Source: a bacterium
Lineage (GTDB): Bacteria; Zhuqueibacterota; Zhuqueibacteria; Residuimicrobiales; Krinioviventaceae
Direction of reading: 5' to 3'
Length of the DNA stretch: 64,000 bases
Assembly: GCA_963675755.2 (NCBI GenBank)
Contig: CAXXMD010000002.1
Span: forward strand, 800,001-864,000
Numbering within the stretch: position 1 is the stretch's first letter; each line of letters opens with the position of its first letter. Under the pieces are notes generated by a model. It was not told the DNA's origin. It saw only the letters and a program-made list of their open reading frames with translations, and did not search any database. Positions 35,229 to 45,075 of the stretch are shown in pieces. Both the position numbers and the translations under genes were made by a program.

Positions 35229-36149
35229 CTATTCCATTCTAACAATATCATTTCTATCAAAGCCGCTGCCACTGACAACACTACAAACAGATGCTTTGCC
35301 ATTTCCAATATTGTTATTTGTAACTTTGATTGAACCAATTTTAGTTTCTGTTGAACCCAAAGAAATACCCAAATCAGGATCAATTAATTCTTCGCCTGCA
35401 CGGTAAACCTGCAAAACATCTCCAACCTGCAAACCAGCATCTGCGCCAGCATTAATATAAACTTGCGCCCCACCTTTAATAACTTTGGCTTGCCATTGTA
35501 AATTTTCAGCTGCAGCGTTACACAATTCTACGATTGAATCAATTGCTTCGCGAGTTGCTTTACCAACAATAGATTCATCAAACTTGTGACGATTGTCAAA
35601 ACGAAAATCATCAGTATTTACTTTTAATCCTTTTTTGGATTGTTCTTTACGAACAGATTCAGCAGAAACAATTTCACCTGTTTCTGTATTAACAAAACGG
35701 ATGTCAACTGCCACGGTAGCGCTAGTGCTTTTAACACCTAATCCAAAACCTTTCAAGCTACCACCGGTACTTTGTTCAGTATAACCAAATTCAGTTACAG
35801 AACCAAAAATTGCAAGTTCAACACCAAGCACCTTACCTGCCTGAGCTGCACTTTCAGGGGTTACAACTCCACTCATACCCATAGATTGTTCTTTTAACAA
35901 TTGTTCCATTTCCTGACGTTCCATCACTGAAAATTTACCAGTTTTAACCAATTCGGTTACCAGCATGTCTGACATACCTTCACCAACAGGCTGACCTGTC
36001 CACCAATGATAACTATGTCCGGATTTATCTTCAAAACTGAAAACAGCTACTCTTTTTTTTAGTTGAGCAGAATATACTCCGCTTACAGATGACAGTAAAA
36101 AAACAAATAATAAAAATAGAATGATAGTAAAACGATTTCTCATTACCAT
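35229..36149 (-). CDS. CsgG/HfaB-family protein with a FlgT-C-like C-terminal domain
   Basis: KKRVAVFSFE, GMSDMLVTELVKTGKFSVMER...LLKEQ, AAQAGKVLGVE...GSVTEFG, VDIRFVNTETGEI; C-terminal VYINAGADAGLQVGD...LIDPDLGISLG. Start is 36149 or 36143. Confidence 0.8.
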   Translation of the reverse strand: MVMRNRFTIILFLLFVFLLSSVSGVYSAQLKKRVAVFSFEDKSGHSYHWWTGQPVGEGMSDMLVTELVKTGKFSVMERQEMEQLLKEQSMGMSGVVTPESAAQAGKVLGVELAIFGSVTEFGYTEQSTGGSLKGFGLGVKSTSATVAVDIRFVNTETGEIVSAESVRKEQSKKGLKVNTDDFRFDNRHKFDESIVGKATREAIDSIVELCNAAAENLQWQAKVIKGGAQVYINAGADAGLQVGDVLQVYRAGEELIDPDLGISLGSTETKIGSIKVTNNNIGNGKASVCSVVSGSGFDRNDIVRME

Positions 36150-36162
36150 ACCCTTTAATTTT

Positions 36163-37383
36163 TTATTCAATAGTTGCAGGTGTTTGTGTTTGTTCAACCG
36201 CGTGTTTTACCACACGTATTGTTACTTTATTAGCTGTAGCATTTGAAACAGCTAATTTATATTCACCCATATCGCGCTGATCAAGCTCACGTGCTAATTG
36301 TTCAGCATTTCCAGAGATTTGAATATCATATTCGGCCATTCCATCGGCTACATTTCTCTGAAAAATATTTTTAACACCTCTGGTTGTAAATTGTAATGCA
36401 TTTTTGAAATTAGATGCTTCCGTAAAATTATCAACACCAGTAACAATCAATTTCAAAGAATTAAGATCATAAAAACGGCTGCGCCATTTTTCCAATATTT
36501 TTGTTATTAATTCATCAGACAAGGCAGTGGCAGCTTTTTGAATTGCCATGGTTCCGCCGGTAACTTCGTCAATATGCGGATAAGCAGCATGCTTGCTACC
36601 GGTCGCTATAATTGTACCCACGTCTGCATCAATTACACGTGCGGTTAAATTTGCCTGGCAGGATTTCATTCCACCCAGATTAATGCCTGTTGCTACCTTG
36701 GCAATAGCTTTACCTGTAACAACAACTTCAGCATCCAACTTGTTTGCAAGGGATTTGGCAGCTTTGGCGTCACCATTTATAGCAGCTAAAATAGAATCAC
36801 GTTCCCTATTCTGGCGCACAGTCATGGGATCAACAACATCAAAACCCTTTTCAATGAACTTGTTGATCATGGCAGTTTCAGATGCAGTCATATCAACCTG
36901 AAAGTAATGATATCTGTCAGTAGATTGTCCAATATTTTGCTCATCTATCAACATCATGACTCTGGGATTTCCCATGCTGGAAATCAAATTCTGAACTGCT
37001 GTGGCATCATTAGATAGATTTGCCATATCAACAGTTGCTTGTATTACAACTTCATAAGTATCAGGAGTTTTTTTGCTTTCAGATAATACCTGATAATTTT
37101 TCACATATCCACGACTCCAACTGAGAATACGATCTTCAACGACCATATAATTCTCAACTTTGGTTTGCGCGTCAATACAAGTACCCAGAGTCTGTTCAAC
37201 TGCTTTACGCAAAGCATCATCAATAGCTCTGTCTCTTGAGGCACCAACATCGTTATACATAATGCCACCCACGCCAATACTCTGTACAGTTTGCATAGGT
37301 GATCCGTTATATCCTTGTGCGAAAAGTATAGATACAGCTAAAAAAATTGAAATAACTGTAATTTTGAAAATATCTTTTTTCAC
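36163..37383 (-). CDS. Exported protein with a FlgT-N-like domain and a CsgG/TolB_N-like middle domain
   Basis: ASRDRAIDDALRKAVEQTLG...SRGYVKNYQVL...YEVVIQATV (FlgT_N-like); NPRVMMLI...LDAEVVVTG...ARVIDADVGTIIA. Likely GTG start at 37383 after GGAG. Confidence 0.65.
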   Translation of the reverse strand: MKKDIFKITVISIFLAVSILFAQGYNGSPMQTVQSIGVGGIMYNDVGASRDRAIDDALRKAVEQTLGTCIDAQTKVENYMVVEDRILSWSRGYVKNYQVLSESKKTPDTYEVVIQATVDMANLSNDATAVQNLISSMGNPRVMMLIDEQNIGQSTDRYHYFQVDMTASETAMINKFIEKGFDVVDPMTVRQNRERDSILAAINGDAKAAKSLANKLDAEVVVTGKAIAKVATGINLGGMKSCQANLTARVIDADVGTIIATGSKHAAYPHIDEVTGGTMAIQKAATALSDELITKILEKWRSRFYDLNSLKLIVTGVDNFTEASNFKNALQFTTRGVKNIFQRNVADGMAEYDIQISGNAEQLARELDQRDMGEYKLAVSNATANKVTIRVVKHAVEQTQTPATIE

Positions 37384-37431
37384 AGTTAATTCTCCAATAG
37401 AAAGTGAAGGGCGGAAAAATCCGCCCATTTA

Positions 37432-38586
37432 TTAAAAAGTCATACGGAGTGCATTTTGGAAATCGCGGATAATCAATAAAGCATCAGCACCTGAAACTTT
37501 ATCGTTCATATTAAACGCACCAGTCATCTTGTCTGCGCTCATAATACCACGATCAACAGTTAAACAAATTGCATTATAGGCAAAGTGTGAAGGGTTAACA
37601 TCCGGAAATCTGGATTGCGTTCCTATATATTTTGTAGCTAGTGACTCATCCCCTGTTGCCATGATCAAAATATCCTGGATCATTCTTGCATAATTGGAAC
37701 GCGTAACTTTTTCATCTGGACGAAAAGTATGGTCAGGATAAACATCCATACCTTTAACATCAATGATATCCTGGATCCAGTTTTTGGCCCAATGATTATC
37801 AATATCAGTAACTTCTGCCATTTGTGTTGTTTGAGAAGTCTGCATCTGAGTTGGGTCATCCGGAGCTTTAAAACCGGTATCATATTGTTTAGGACGTTTT
37901 TTGTCGATAATTTCTAACAGTTTCAACTCTTCCATAAACAATACAGCTAAATCAGCTCTGTCAATTTCTTTAATCAAAGCAATTTTGGCTCCAACTTTGG
38001 TACCAGGTGCTGCACGAACAATCTTTTGAACGAGTTCCCATTGCTCATTTGCTTGTTTTGCATACTCGCCTTTTTTAGCCACAACATCCTGAAATGCATC
38101 TTCAGCATCTCTGAATTGGTAGGCATTTTTAAGGGCAATACCTTTATAATAAGTGGGTTTGTCGCTATCGGGATTGATTTCCAATGCTTTATCAAATTCC
38201 TTAATTGCATCTTTTAACCAGTCATCACCTTTATGTTCAGCTACATAAACACGACCTTTAATAACCCGAGCATCCAACGATTTTTTGTTTTTGTCAATGC
38301 CTTTATCTGCAAAATCATGTGCTTTTTTAAAGTCAGCACGATACGCCCAAACCAGAGCTAAACCTGAATAACCTTCGGCATATTCAGGATCAAGTCCAAT
38401 AGCCTTATTAAATTCTGCTTCAGCATCATTTAAATTACCGCGTTCAATTTCACGCATTCCCTGATTATAGTGATTATCAGGAGTATCAAGTACAGATTGA
38501 GGTGGAACCGGTTTTGGTCCACAACCTACAGATAAAAGAGTAAATCCAATCAAGATACTGAAAAGTATCAAACCTTTTTTTAACAT
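37432..38586 (-). CDS. Lipoprotein with TPR repeats and C-terminal S-layer homology (SLH) domains
   Basis: Lipobox LSVGC; TPRs (AEAEFNKAIGLDPEYAEGY, AIKEFDKALEINPD); SLH-like TDIDNHWAKNWI...YPDHTFRPDEKVTR and FPDVNPSHFAYNAI...RGIM. Confidence 0.8.
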   Translation of the reverse strand: MLKKGLILFSILIGFTLLSVGCGPKPVPPQSVLDTPDNHYNQGMREIERGNLNDAEAEFNKAIGLDPEYAEGYSGLALVWAYRADFKKAHDFADKGIDKNKKSLDARVIKGRVYVAEHKGDDWLKDAIKEFDKALEINPDSDKPTYYKGIALKNAYQFRDAEDAFQDVVAKKGEYAKQANEQWELVQKIVRAAPGTKVGAKIALIKEIDRADLAVLFMEELKLLEIIDKKRPKQYDTGFKAPDDPTQMQTSQTTQMAEVTDIDNHWAKNWIQDIIDVKGMDVYPDHTFRPDEKVTRSNYARMIQDILIMATGDESLATKYIGTQSRFPDVNPSHFAYNAICLTVDRGIMSADKMTGAFNMNDKVSGADALLIIRDFQNALRMTF

Positions 38587-38630
38587 TACCAGTTCTCCAA
38601 ATTTTATCTCAATAACTGAATAATAGCTAC

Positions 38631-39560
38631 TTAATCAACGATAAACATAACTTTACATTTATCTAAAAAGTTTTGGTTCGCAGCTGCATTTCTTATATTC
38701 GCCGCATCATTGTTTGACACTACAATATCAGCTTTATTGGCGCCCGAGGCACGCAAACCTTTTACAACCATGGGATTATTGGTTACACGGTCATTAGTTT
38801 TAGCCTGGTTGACATTTTTATCATAACCAACCATGCCAATTTGAACAGCCCAATCACGACTGACATACTTGGAACCATACACTTCTTCACCGGTTTCGTC
38901 AACAATTTTGGGGGCCATTGCAGGACGAACACCTAAGCCTTTGGCGTCAATTACCAGACCGGTAAATACTCCACCAGCTGATTGTCCGCTTGTAGAAGCA
39001 GGACCTTGACCGGGATTAACAGGAGTAATTAATTTGTAGCCAGCAGGTACAGGTTTGTCAATTGGCCACAATTGTCCGTAACCACCTTGACCGGCTGCAC
39101 CAGCGGAAACAGGTGTGCCGCCCATTTGCTGAGGCAAAACAGCATCCAATAAAGCGCCAGTAATAGGCATTTCTACGGTCACTTCAATGTCACCTGTGGA
39201 CATGTACTTTGTGTCGACTATGGTAAAATTAGTAACAACACCCTGCACACGTGTATTAATGACATCATTTTCAACCATTGCATTACGAATTGTTGTTTCC
39301 GAGGTTAGTGTCATACCGCGGACAGTTTCGAGGAGATTTCTTAAAGCAACACGTTTTGCAGCTTCAATAGCTCCTGCACGTTGAGCAGCCTGTGGCATAT
39401 TGGGGTTTGGCGCTCCAATACCTGTAGACCGTACTACCTGTGATGACCAGTCAACATTACCCGCATCCCCAATGGGTTGATTTACATATTGAGAAAATGC
39501 AGGTGCGGAAATTAAGAATAACACTGACACAATCAGTATTATTGAATATTTAACTTTCAT
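38631..39560 (-). CDS. Exported LPP20/FlgP-like domain protein
   Basis: Signal peptide; VRSTGIG...AIEAAKRVALRNLLETVRG...VQGVV...IEVTVEM; C-terminal TGLVIDAKG...PAMAPKI. Confidence 0.6.
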   Translation of the reverse strand: MKVKYSIILIVSVLFLISAPAFSQYVNQPIGDAGNVDWSSQVVRSTGIGAPNPNMPQAAQRAGAIEAAKRVALRNLLETVRGMTLTSETTIRNAMVENDVINTRVQGVVTNFTIVDTKYMSTGDIEVTVEMPITGALLDAVLPQQMGGTPVSAGAAGQGGYGQLWPIDKPVPAGYKLITPVNPGQGPASTSGQSAGGVFTGLVIDAKGLGVRPAMAPKIVDETGEEVYGSKYVSRDWAVQIGMVGYDKNVNQAKTNDRVTNNPMVVKGLRASGANKADIVVSNNDAANIRNAAANQNFLDKCKVMFIVD

Positions 39561-39725
39561 TAGTACCCTCCTTGATCAAACATAACTTAATTGCTGAGGT
39601 CAGTAAATATTACGCATTTAATTAATTGGTGCAGGTGATAATCGTCACAAAAACTTTTTATTTTGAAAATAGTTTGTAGCTGCATAATTAACAATATAAT
39701 AATCCCAAGTATTTCATTTCCGAGC

Positions 39726-39754
39726 AAATTAGTCAAGATAGCCTTAATTGTCAA
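39726..39754 (-). promoter_or_regulatory. Sigma70 promoter of the LPP20-led operon
   Basis: Minus strand TTGACA (39754-39749)-N17-TAATTT. Confidence 0.55.
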
Positions 39755-39846
39755 GTTATATTTGCATTTATCTTATTTTTTTGTAATTTAGGTTCAGTAA
39801 TTGGGTTATTAATCGATCAATATTCAATATAATTATGGAGGATTTT

Positions 39847-41109
39847 ATGGCAGATCGTTTGGGTGTTGGTTTTGTAGGTGCAGGATTCAATACCAACTTT
39901 CACATCAGATCATGGATTGGCGTTCGTGAAGCTGATATATTAGGTATAGCTGATCCCAATCTTGATCGTGCAAAATTTTCTGCAGATGAATGCAGACGTT
40001 TACGGGTTGGTGATCCCAAAGTATATTCAGATGTTTCTGAAATGGTACTTGATCCCAAAATTGATGCAATTTTTATTTGTTCTCCTAATTTTACCCGTTT
40101 GGACGTAATGGAAAAAATTACAGAGGCAGTAAAAAGTGGTAAAGCAACTTTAAAAGGAATTGCTTGTGAAAAGCCGTTGGCCCGCACAGTTGCTGATGCA
40201 CAAAAAATGTTAGATATGGTTAATGAAATTGGTGTATTACATGGATATCTGGAAAACCAGGTCTTTTCCCCTTCTGTTGTTAGAGGCCGTGATATCATCT
40301 GGGCACGTGGAGCCAAAGTTGCAGGTCGTCCCTATCTTGCAAGATGTGCGGAAGAACATGCCGGTCCTCATGAACCCTGGTTTTGGAATGGTGAACGACA
40401 GGGTGGCGGTGTGTTGAATGATATGATGTGTCATAGCATTGAAGCAGCCAGATTCCTTTTAACAGATCCTACAAAACCTAAAGATTTTATCAGACCCGTT
40501 TCAGTAAATGCAGAAATAGCAACGCTGAAATGGTCAAGACCGGAATATGTTAAACTCTTGAAAGAAATGTCTAATGGCTCTGTAGATTACTCAAAAACAC
40601 CAGCTGAAGACTTTGCCCGTGCAAATGTGAATTTTGAAGATCAGGATGGTAATATATCTGTTGCAGAAGTTACTACATCCTGGAGTTTTATGGGACCAGG
40701 ACTCCGTCTTTCATTTGAATTAATTGGACCTGAATATTATATGCAGGCCAATTCTTTGGAACCCGATTTGCATGTTTTCTTTAGTAGAAATGTAAAAGGT
40801 GATGAAGGCGAAGACTTGGTTGAAAAACAATCAGCAGAACAAGGACTTATGCCAGTTGTTTCAACAGAAGGTATTGTTTACGGCTATACAGATGAAGATC
40901 GTTATATGGCTCAATGCTTTATTGATGGAAAAATGCCTGAAGAAAACTGGAACGATGGATTGTTGGTTACACAACTGCTCATGACGGCATATAAATCCAG
41001 CGAACTGAGTAAAAAGATTGCATTTGAACCTGAAAAAGTTATAGATTTTGTTCCCAAAGTTGCAAAAGGAACATATAAGGCTAGTGATGTTTTAAATACA
41101 GCCAGTTAA
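39847..41109 (+). CDS. Gfo/Idh/MocA oxidoreductase (cytoplasmic)
   Basis: VGFVGAGF, ACEKPLA, GGGVLNDMMCHS; ATG 39847 follows GGAGG. Confidence 0.88.
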   Translation: MADRLGVGFVGAGFNTNFHIRSWIGVREADILGIADPNLDRAKFSADECRRLRVGDPKVYSDVSEMVLDPKIDAIFICSPNFTRLDVMEKITEAVKSGKATLKGIACEKPLARTVADAQKMLDMVNEIGVLHGYLENQVFSPSVVRGRDIIWARGAKVAGRPYLARCAEEHAGPHEPWFWNGERQGGGVLNDMMCHSIEAARFLLTDPTKPKDFIRPVSVNAEIATLKWSRPEYVKLLKEMSNGSVDYSKTPAEDFARANVNFEDQDGNISVAEVTTSWSFMGPGLRLSFELIGPEYYMQANSLEPDLHVFFSRNVKGDEGEDLVEKQSAEQGLMPVVSTEGIVYGYTDEDRYMAQCFIDGKMPEENWNDGLLVTQLLMTAYKSSELSKKIAFEPEKVIDFVPKVAKGTYKASDVLNTAS

Positions 41110-41117
41110 TTTATTAG

Positions 41118-41145
41118 CAGGAACGGGAATCTTTTCCCGTTCCTG
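41118..41145. terminator. Perfect 12-bp stem-loop after the oxidoreductase gene
   Basis: caggaacgggaa-tctt-ttcccgttcctg; followed by an A run rather than a T run, so a terminator role is uncertain. Confidence 0.4.
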
Positions 41146-41164
41146 AAAAAAATGCAAAGTTATA

Positions 41165-41190
41165 GAACTTTTCCGTAACTTGTTCGTTAT
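41165..41190 (+). promoter_or_regulatory. Putative ECF-sigma autoregulatory promoter
   Basis: GAACTT...CGTT with AAC-N16-CGT spacing, directly upstream of the ECF gene. Confidence 0.5.
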
Positions 41191-41214
41191 TTTAATTGAA
41201 AAGCAGATACGCGA

Positions 41215-41787
41215 ATGAATCAGGAACAACTTGAATCAGTAATACAATTAGCTCAACAGGGTGATCAGAAAGCTCTGGGTGAATTAATTGATACATTCGC
41301 GGAATCCGTACATGGTTTTATCTACCATATTATCGGTAGACGAAATGATGTTGAGGATCTGGCTCAGGATACATTTATTAAAATGATATCCGGTTTGAAA
41401 TATTATCAACCCAAAGCCCCTTTCAGGGCCTGGCTCTTTCGCATTACTCTGAATGTATGCAGAGATTATATGCGTAAGAAAAAAGTTAGGAATATTGTTT
41501 CATTTATCACACAGGATTATTATGAAGAAGAAGATATTATTATTACAGATTCTTCTCCAAATCCTGAAAAAGAAATGATTATTAAAGATTCGATGGAACA
41601 ATTAGAAAAAGCGGTACAACAATTGCCATACCCATTGAAAACAGTTTTTTTGTTGCGTGACGTTCAGGAATTATCTTATGAAGAAATTGCAGAAACGTTA
41701 AACTGGCAATTAGGTACAGTTAAATCAAGGTTATTCAGAGCAAGAAATGAAATTGCTCAACTATTAAATACATTAAAGGAAAAATAG
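41215..41787 (+). CDS. ECF RNA polymerase sigma factor
   Basis: DVEDLAQDTFIK, FRAWLFRITLN, LSYEEIAETL...GTVKSRLFRAR. Confidence 0.93.
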   Translation: MNQEQLESVIQLAQQGDQKALGELIDTFAESVHGFIYHIIGRRNDVEDLAQDTFIKMISGLKYYQPKAPFRAWLFRITLNVCRDYMRKKKVRNIVSFITQDYYEEEDIIITDSSPNPEKEMIIKDSMEQLEKAVQQLPYPLKTVFLLRDVQELSYEEIAETLNWQLGTVKSRLFRARNEIAQLLNTLKEK

Positions 41788-41788
41788 T

Positions 41789-42187
41789 ATGAAACGTTTT
41801 GTAAAAAAAATGTTTGCAAACTATGACCGAATGAACAAAGAAAATATAACGACTCCCAATAAGCAAACTGCCGAAATTATTGAACAAGCAAAAGCTTTGC
41901 GTGACTATCCCGTCTCACCATTTTTCACTCAAAGAGTTTTAGCAAACGCAAAAGCTATGAATCGAGAGGTTTGGGATTACATGAACTTTATTCCCCAATC
42001 CAAAATGCGTTTAGCCATGATCACACTGGTTCTGCTTATTGTTACTGTGATCAATATTCCCGTCAACGACCAAGACACAGCACAAGCGCAATCCAGCTCA
42101 GATTTTCAGTATATCGTTAGTGGTGAAACCAGTAATATGAATCTCGATACGAATGATAAAGTATTGCAATTTGCTTTATCAAACTAG
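41789..42187 (+). CDS. Putative single-TM anti-sigma factor
   Basis: Starts 1 nt after the ECF stop; VSPFFTQRVLA motif followed by one TM helix. Confidence 0.6.
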   Translation: MKRFVKKMFANYDRMNKENITTPNKQTAEIIEQAKALRDYPVSPFFTQRVLANAKAMNREVWDYMNFIPQSKMRLAMITLVLLIVTVINIPVNDQDTAQAQSSSDFQYIVSGETSNMNLDTNDKVLQFALSN

Positions 42188-42200
42188 TTGTTAGGAGTGG

Positions 42201-42608
42201 ATGATGCTTAGATCTCAAAAAATGGCGATTACCAGTTTGGTTCTGATCTTTTTGTTCGGAATCTTTTGCGGCATCGCATCTGAACGTTTCATCTTTGACA
42301 AGTTCAAACGTCATGGCGGCAAGCACAAAGGTCAATTTGAACAAAAACTGACCAAAAGACTTGAATTAAATAATGATCAGATTGCAAACCTAAAGGTGTT
42401 GCTCAAAGATGTAAAAAGACAGCATGATGAAATTCGTCAGGCAGACAAACCCGAGTTTGACAGTGTTCGAGTGGATTTTGACAGGAAATTTAACCTGATA
42501 TTGACCAAAGAACAACAAGATGAATTTGCAAGAATGCAGACTGAATGGAACCAGAAAAGAAAGGATATTGAAGCACATGGTGTAAAGGAGAAAAAAGAAA
42601 AAGAATAA
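42201..42608 (+). CDS. Spy/CpxP-like periplasmic helical protein
   Basis: N-terminal TM; LTKRLELNNDQ and ILTKEQQDEF (LTxEQ motifs). Confidence 0.65.
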   Translation: MMLRSQKMAITSLVLIFLFGIFCGIASERFIFDKFKRHGGKHKGQFEQKLTKRLELNNDQIANLKVLLKDVKRQHDEIRQADKPEFDSVRVDFDRKFNLILTKEQQDEFARMQTEWNQKRKDIEAHGVKEKKEKE

Positions 42609-42707
42609 TAATTCTCAATCTTTATTTATAATTCCAGGCCATTTTTGCTACAATAACTATTGACCCTAAAACCTGAAAATTATCAAGATAACTATTCAAA
42701 ATTCGAA

Positions 42708-43796
42708 TTATTTTTTCTTGTAATTCTTACCTTCCTGTTTATAGAGTTTGGTCCATTTTTCCTTATCCGCCCTATTCACTCCCATCTTTTGTTTGTCGTT
42801 AAAATACTGGGCTTCCCTGATCATTTTTTGATAGCTTTCATAACGGTCTTCATCCAGTTCCCCATCAATTACAGCTTGTTTAACGGCACAATTGGGTTCT
42901 TTTAAATGTTTGCAATCGTTGAATTTACAATACTGAGCAAATTCTTCAATTTCCTGAAAAGTGTCTTCAACATCATCTTCACCTGCCATGAGTACAATTT
43001 CACGCATCCCAGGATTATCCATTATTAATCCACCATCAGGCAACAGGATCAATTCCCTGTTTGTTGTTGTATGCTGACCCTTGTTAACACTTTCACTAAT
43101 TTCACCGATTTTTTGTCGGTCGTTTCCCAACAATTTATTAATAATTGTTGATTTCCCAACACCGGATGATCCCAGTAAAGCAACAGTAGTTCCTGTTTTA
43201 AAATATGATTTAAATAAATCAAGATTATCATCAGTTATAGCGCTTATTGCATGAATAGGGACACCAAATGCAACATTCTCAATATCAGATATAATTGAGT
43301 CAATATCATCACATAAATCCACTTTATTTAAAACAACTACAGGGTTGGCTCCGCTGTTATACACAAGGGTAAGATAGCGTTCAATACGACGCAAATTATA
43401 ATCCCGGTCAAGACCGGCTACAATAAATATTGTATCAACATTTGCCCCAATGAGTTGTTTTTCTGAGGTGCTAAGATTTTGCTTTTTTCTATTTCCCGCA
43501 GCAATTCTTGAAATTTGAGTTGTGCGTGTTAAAATGGCTTCTATAACACCGGAACCATCTTCAAGTAATCGAATTACAACCCAGTCACCAACTGTTGGTA
43601 AATCCAGTTTAGATTCGGCTTTGTGTCTTATTTTGCCGGCAAGTTTTGCTGTTACTTCTTTATCTTTAGTGAGCACAAGATATTCAGATTTTTGTTCAAG
43701 AAATATTCTACCAGGCATAATATCCAGAGCATTAAAATTGGCAAACTCTGATTCAAAACTCGAATTCCACCCTAGCTGCAATAATCTTTCGTTCAT
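42708..43796 (-). CDS. rsgA: Ribosome small subunit-dependent GTPase A
   Basis: PTVGDWV, ANVD, RRIERYL, NKVD, GSSGVGKST, GQHTTT, DNPGMRE, CKFNDCKHLKEPNC (Zn finger). Confidence 0.95.
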   Translation of the reverse strand: MNERLLQLGWNSSFESEFANFNALDIMPGRIFLEQKSEYLVLTKDKEVTAKLAGKIRHKAESKLDLPTVGDWVVIRLLEDGSGVIEAILTRTTQISRIAAGNRKKQNLSTSEKQLIGANVDTIFIVAGLDRDYNLRRIERYLTLVYNSGANPVVVLNKVDLCDDIDSIISDIENVAFGVPIHAISAITDDNLDLFKSYFKTGTTVALLGSSGVGKSTIINKLLGNDRQKIGEISESVNKGQHTTTNRELILLPDGGLIMDNPGMREIVLMAGEDDVEDTFQEIEEFAQYCKFNDCKHLKEPNCAVKQAVIDGELDEDRYESYQKMIREAQYFNDKQKMGVNRADKEKWTKLYKQEGKNYKKK

Positions 43797-43798
43797 TA

Positions 43799-45010
43799 TT
43801 ATAATATATCCTTTTTGCGATTGCCATAGGCATGCGCTAATCCACCAAATGATGTTTCACGATACAATGAAGGTAAATCATGACCTGTTTTCCTCATTAC
43901 ATCTACGACTTCATCAAAATCTATATGATGTGTGCCATCAGAAAAAATCGCATAATCCGCGCACCCAAGTGCACGCGTTGCAGCATGCGCATTTCGTTCA
44001 ATACATGGAATTTGGACCAATCCCTGTACAGGATCACATGTTAAACCCAAATGATGTTCCAATCCCATTTCAGCAGCATATTCAATTTGACGAATAGTTC
44101 CACCTAGTAACTGCGTGGCAGCAGCAGATGCCATAGCACAGGCTGTTCCGACTTCGCCCTGGCATCCCACCTCAGCTCCGGAAATGGATGCATTATATTT
44201 TACAAGATTCCCCACTAAACCTGCTGTGGCCAAAGCACGCAGTATATGTTTTTCATTACATTTAATGGTTTCAAAAAGGTATCTCATAACAGCTGGCAAA
44301 ACTCCACACGAACCACAGGTTGGTGCGGTAACTATAATTTGTCCATTTGCATTTTCTTCATTAACTGCAAGAGCATATGATGTTAACAGTGCATTTTGTT
44401 TGAAATGCGGACCGGATAATTGAGCTTTACGATAATACGAGCATGCTTTACGTGGTAAACCCAAGCCACCAGGAAGAACACCTTCTTCAACTATTCCACG
44501 TTCAATTGATTCGTTCATAACAGACCAAACCTGTGTAAGGAAATCCCATATTTCCGGGCCTTCCACAAATTCTACATATTCCCAAAAAGACTGGCCGGTT
44601 TTTAGCAAATGTTCAAGTATTGATTTCATCGTACGTAAAGGGTAAATTGATTTATCCTCTTGCTTAATACCTTCACTAATTGCACCACCGCCAATACTAA
44701 ATACTTCCCAGGTATCTGTCACTTGAGCTTTAGAATCAAGTGCCTCAAAACGCATACCATTGGGATGAAATGGTAATGACTCATCCGGTTTCCAAACAAG
44801 CTCTAATTTATCGTCACCAAGAACTTGATGTAAAACGATATCTGTGAGATGGCCTTTACCTGTTGCAGCAAGGCTTGCATACAAGGTTACACGAAAAGAT
44901 TCAGCTTGAGGATTCCTCTCAAGAAAAATCTCCGCGGAATGTCTAGGTGCCATTGTATGACTGCTTGATGGGCCGGCACCAATTCTGAACAATTCTTTAA
45001 TAGATTCCAT
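43799..45010 (-). CDS. sdaA: L-serine dehydratase, Fe-S dependent, single chain
   Basis: GAGPSSSHT, TGKGHLTD, SIGGG, VTAPTCGSCG, SISGAEVGCQGEVG, LGLTCDPV.GLVQIPCIERN. Confidence 0.93.
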   Translation of the reverse strand: MESIKELFRIGAGPSSSHTMAPRHSAEIFLERNPQAESFRVTLYASLAATGKGHLTDIVLHQVLGDDKLELVWKPDESLPFHPNGMRFEALDSKAQVTDTWEVFSIGGGAISEGIKQEDKSIYPLRTMKSILEHLLKTGQSFWEYVEFVEGPEIWDFLTQVWSVMNESIERGIVEEGVLPGGLGLPRKACSYYRKAQLSGPHFKQNALLTSYALAVNEENANGQIIVTAPTCGSCGVLPAVMRYLFETIKCNEKHILRALATAGLVGNLVKYNASISGAEVGCQGEVGTACAMASAAATQLLGGTIRQIEYAAEMGLEHHLGLTCDPVQGLVQIPCIERNAHAATRALGCADYAIFSDGTHHIDFDEVVDVMRKTGHDLPSLYRETSFGGLAHAYGNRKKDIL

Positions 45011-45075
45011 TATATATCCGGATTCAAAATAAAACTTTTAATTTTAATATAATTAATCATTAAATCAAAGGCAAG

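Noticed and set aside
35229-39560. Curli (csg) or flagellar (flgT/flgP) gene calls
   Set aside because: Only domain-level resemblance; no csgA/B/E/F or flagellar structural genes in the window.
39561-39725. Riboswitch or ncRNA in the ~160-nt leader of the LPP20 operon (and in 15200-15460, 29890-30190)
   Set aside because: AT-rich with no convincing stems or known riboswitch motifs by eye; an Infernal/Rfam scan would be needed to exclude one.
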